Assembly: GCA_000175855.1 (NCBI GenBank)
Contig: ACYB01000042.1
Span: 240,001 to 272,000, forward strand
DNA length: 32,000 bases
Direction: 5' to 3'
Source of the DNA: Raphidiopsis brookii D9
GTDB taxonomy: Bacteria > Cyanobacteriota > Cyanobacteriia > Cyanobacteriales > Nostocaceae
This document shows, piece by piece, positions 30,576 through 32,000 of the stretch (position 1 is its first letter; each line of letters begins with the position of its first letter). Position numbers and translations under genes: made by a program. The notes beneath the pieces are model-generated. The model was given only the letters and a program-made list of their open reading frames with translations, was not told the DNA's origin and did no database searches.

Positions 30576-31277
30576 GTGATGATGATTTTAATCATCTTTA
30601 TGTCTTTAATTTTATCCGGTTGTGTAGAATACAACCTGGGTATTAATTTTCATGACACTAATAATGCTGAATGGGTACAACACATTCGGATTGCTGAAAA
30701 CTTGACCAGTTTCAGCAGTGATTATTTACGGGAGTGGTTTAATGCTTTATCTCGACGCGTTACCAACATAGGGGGTTCCACTAAATATATTTCTCCTGGT
30801 GAACTAATGGTGAGAATACCTTTTACTCATGGTCAGGAACTAAAGGAGAAATTGGCCAGTTTTTATCCACGCTCCCTACAAAACTCTCTCCATGAACCAA
30901 TCAATATTACTTCCAACATAACTCTAAAAGAAAATAACTTTTTGTTCCTATCCAGAAATAATTTAATTTATCAATTAGATTTGCGCTCTTTAGCAGGAGT
31001 GGTCGCACAGCAAAACAGTTCGGATACAACTCAAATTCCCCTCTTCAACATAGACTTTACCCTGAAAACACCCTGGGGAATCAAGAATATTAATTCCACG
31101 GTAAAACCTCTCCCACCAGAAACAAATAACCGACAAACAACATGGCAAATGCAACTGGGAGAGTTAAATCAAATAGAGGTAGTGTTTTGGCTCCCCAATA
31201 TGCTTAGTATTGGAGCTTTGATAATTATTATTTTAGTTTGGTGCGGTTACTACTTGAAATATTCCAGGTTAAGTTAA
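30576..31277 (+). CDS. DUF3153-like membrane lipoprotein
   Basis: Lipobox LILSGC near the N-terminus, C-terminal TM MLSIGALIIIILVWCGYYL; overall layout as in the cyanobacterial DUF3153 family. Confidence 0.6.
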   Translation: MMMILIIFMSLILSGCVEYNLGINFHDTNNAEWVQHIRIAENLTSFSSDYLREWFNALSRRVTNIGGSTKYISPGELMVRIPFTHGQELKEKLASFYPRSLQNSLHEPINITSNITLKENNFLFLSRNNLIYQLDLRSLAGVVAQQNSSDTTQIPLFNIDFTLKTPWGIKNINSTVKPLPPETNNRQTTWQMQLGELNQIEVVFWLPNMLSIGALIIIILVWCGYYLKYSRLS

Positions 31278-31406
31278 GTAAGTCGGCTCATAATTCTGAG
31301 ATTTATTATTATAATTACTCATGGTGTTTTTTAAACTTTTACCATCAATTGCAATCCAATCTTCTTTACAGCAACACATTTAATTGTGAATTCTGTTGAC
31401 GCATAA

Positions 31407-31455
31407 TACAGTGAGTGCGAGTGCTTCGCAATCGCACTTGCGAGATCCCACTGTA
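31407..31455. repeat. Nested inverted repeat in intergenic DNA
   Basis: TACAGTG (31407-31413) / CACTGTA (31449-31455) enclosing AGTGCGA (31414-31420) / TCGCACT (31432-31438) with inner TGC-TTC-GCA. Confidence 0.6.
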
Positions 31456-31462
31456 CTCACAC

Positions 31463-31478
31463 CCGGGCGATCGCCCGG
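31463..31478. repeat. 16-bp perfect palindrome centred on HIP1 (CCGGGCGATCGCCCGG)
   Basis: Read directly from the sequence; core GCGATCGC. Confidence 0.8.
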
Positions 31479-31559
31479 TGAATTATACCAGCAAAAAACC
31501 ATCTATCTAAACACAGAAAAGCTTATAAGAGAGATTAAAAAAATCTTAACATCCCAATA

Positions 31560-31991
31560 TCATTGCTCCTGATTTTTTATTTGGTTGACACCCAATTGAG
31601 ACAGAATAATTGCCAAGCGCTCCAGAGTCTCTGGTGAAAGTCCTTCTAAGAGGTCCTGAAGAGAATATTGCTTTAACACCTCTTTTGGAGAATATTGCTT
31701 GATCTCTTCCGGAGAATATTGCTTTAACACCTCTTCAGTCGGTATATCTCTCAAGTGATTTATTACAAAATCTTTTTTAAATTGCTCTAATGTATATGTC
31801 ATTGGTAGTTTCTCCTTTAAGTAAAACTCATATAGTTGCTGCATTAACACGCTATGCTCGCTATTGAGGTAAATTTCTTGATAATGGCTAATCGCTTCTT
31901 CTACCACTTCTGCTTTTGCACTAAACAGTCTCCACAACTCATTATTGGCACTTTTAGGTATTTTAGAAAGCACTATCAGTCTAACGTTCAT
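31560..31991 (-). CDS. C-terminal part of an Rpn-family / PD-(D/E)XK nuclease-type protein (frame open to window end)
   Basis: NVRLIVLSKIPKSANNELWRLFSAK...EEAISHY pattern, followed by an IKQYSPEEVLKQYS repeat region; codons upstream of the ATG remain open to base 32000. Confidence 0.55.
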   Translation of the reverse strand: MNVRLIVLSKIPKSANNELWRLFSAKAEVVEEAISHYQEIYLNSEHSVLMQQLYEFYLKEKLPMTYTLEQFKKDFVINHLRDIPTEEVLKQYSPEEIKQYSPKEVLKQYSLQDLLEGLSPETLERLAIILSQLGVNQIKNQEQ

Positions 31992-32000
31992 ACCAACACA

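Noticed and set aside
1-32000. tRNA, rRNA or CRISPR arrays
   Set aside because: No regularly spaced repeats and no recognised tRNA/rRNA segments were seen by eye in the intergenic regions; a tRNAscan/Infernal run would be needed to exclude small RNAs completely.

Overview
Chromosomal window from a cyanobacterium (scattered HIP1 GCGATCGC octamers; conserved rnj-dapA-asd / tig-clpP-clpX neighbourhood). Content in order: 3' part of a purple-acid-phosphatase-like metallophosphoesterase; an orphan ParA-type ATPase; ureD-ureA-ureB-ureC; an aldehyde dehydrogenase split by a 1-nt frameshift; rpmF (bL32, absent from the ORF track because it is short); a membrane-anchored caspase-fold protein whose catalytic His/Cys positions read Tyr/Asn (pseudo-orthocaspase) and which carries two homopolymer frameshifts; a Mo-dependent-nitrogenase C-terminal-domain protein; rnj, dapA, asd; tig, clpP and a frameshifted clpX; an alpha/beta hydrolase followed by two tandem DUF29 paralogues; a NatB-like amino-acid-binding lipoprotein; a small secreted beta-barrel-like protein; SbcC/Rad50-like ATPase; an SH3-type protein; a Ycf46-like AAA ATPase; a Bax-inhibitor-1 family protein; prfB with the classical RF2 +1 programmed frameshift; aroK (probable C-terminal frameshift), argB; TPR and DUF3153-like proteins; and a window-truncated Rpn/PD-(D/E)XK-type protein. 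I found no CRISPR array, tRNA, rRNA, complete mobile element or convincing new defence system. The observations most worth following up are the Tyr/Asn pseudo-orthocaspase, the hydrolase-DUF29-DUF29 cluster with a 153-bp near-identical block, the cluster of single-nucleotide homopolymer frameshifts (one in clpX, which suggests sequencing error), and the orphan ParA.
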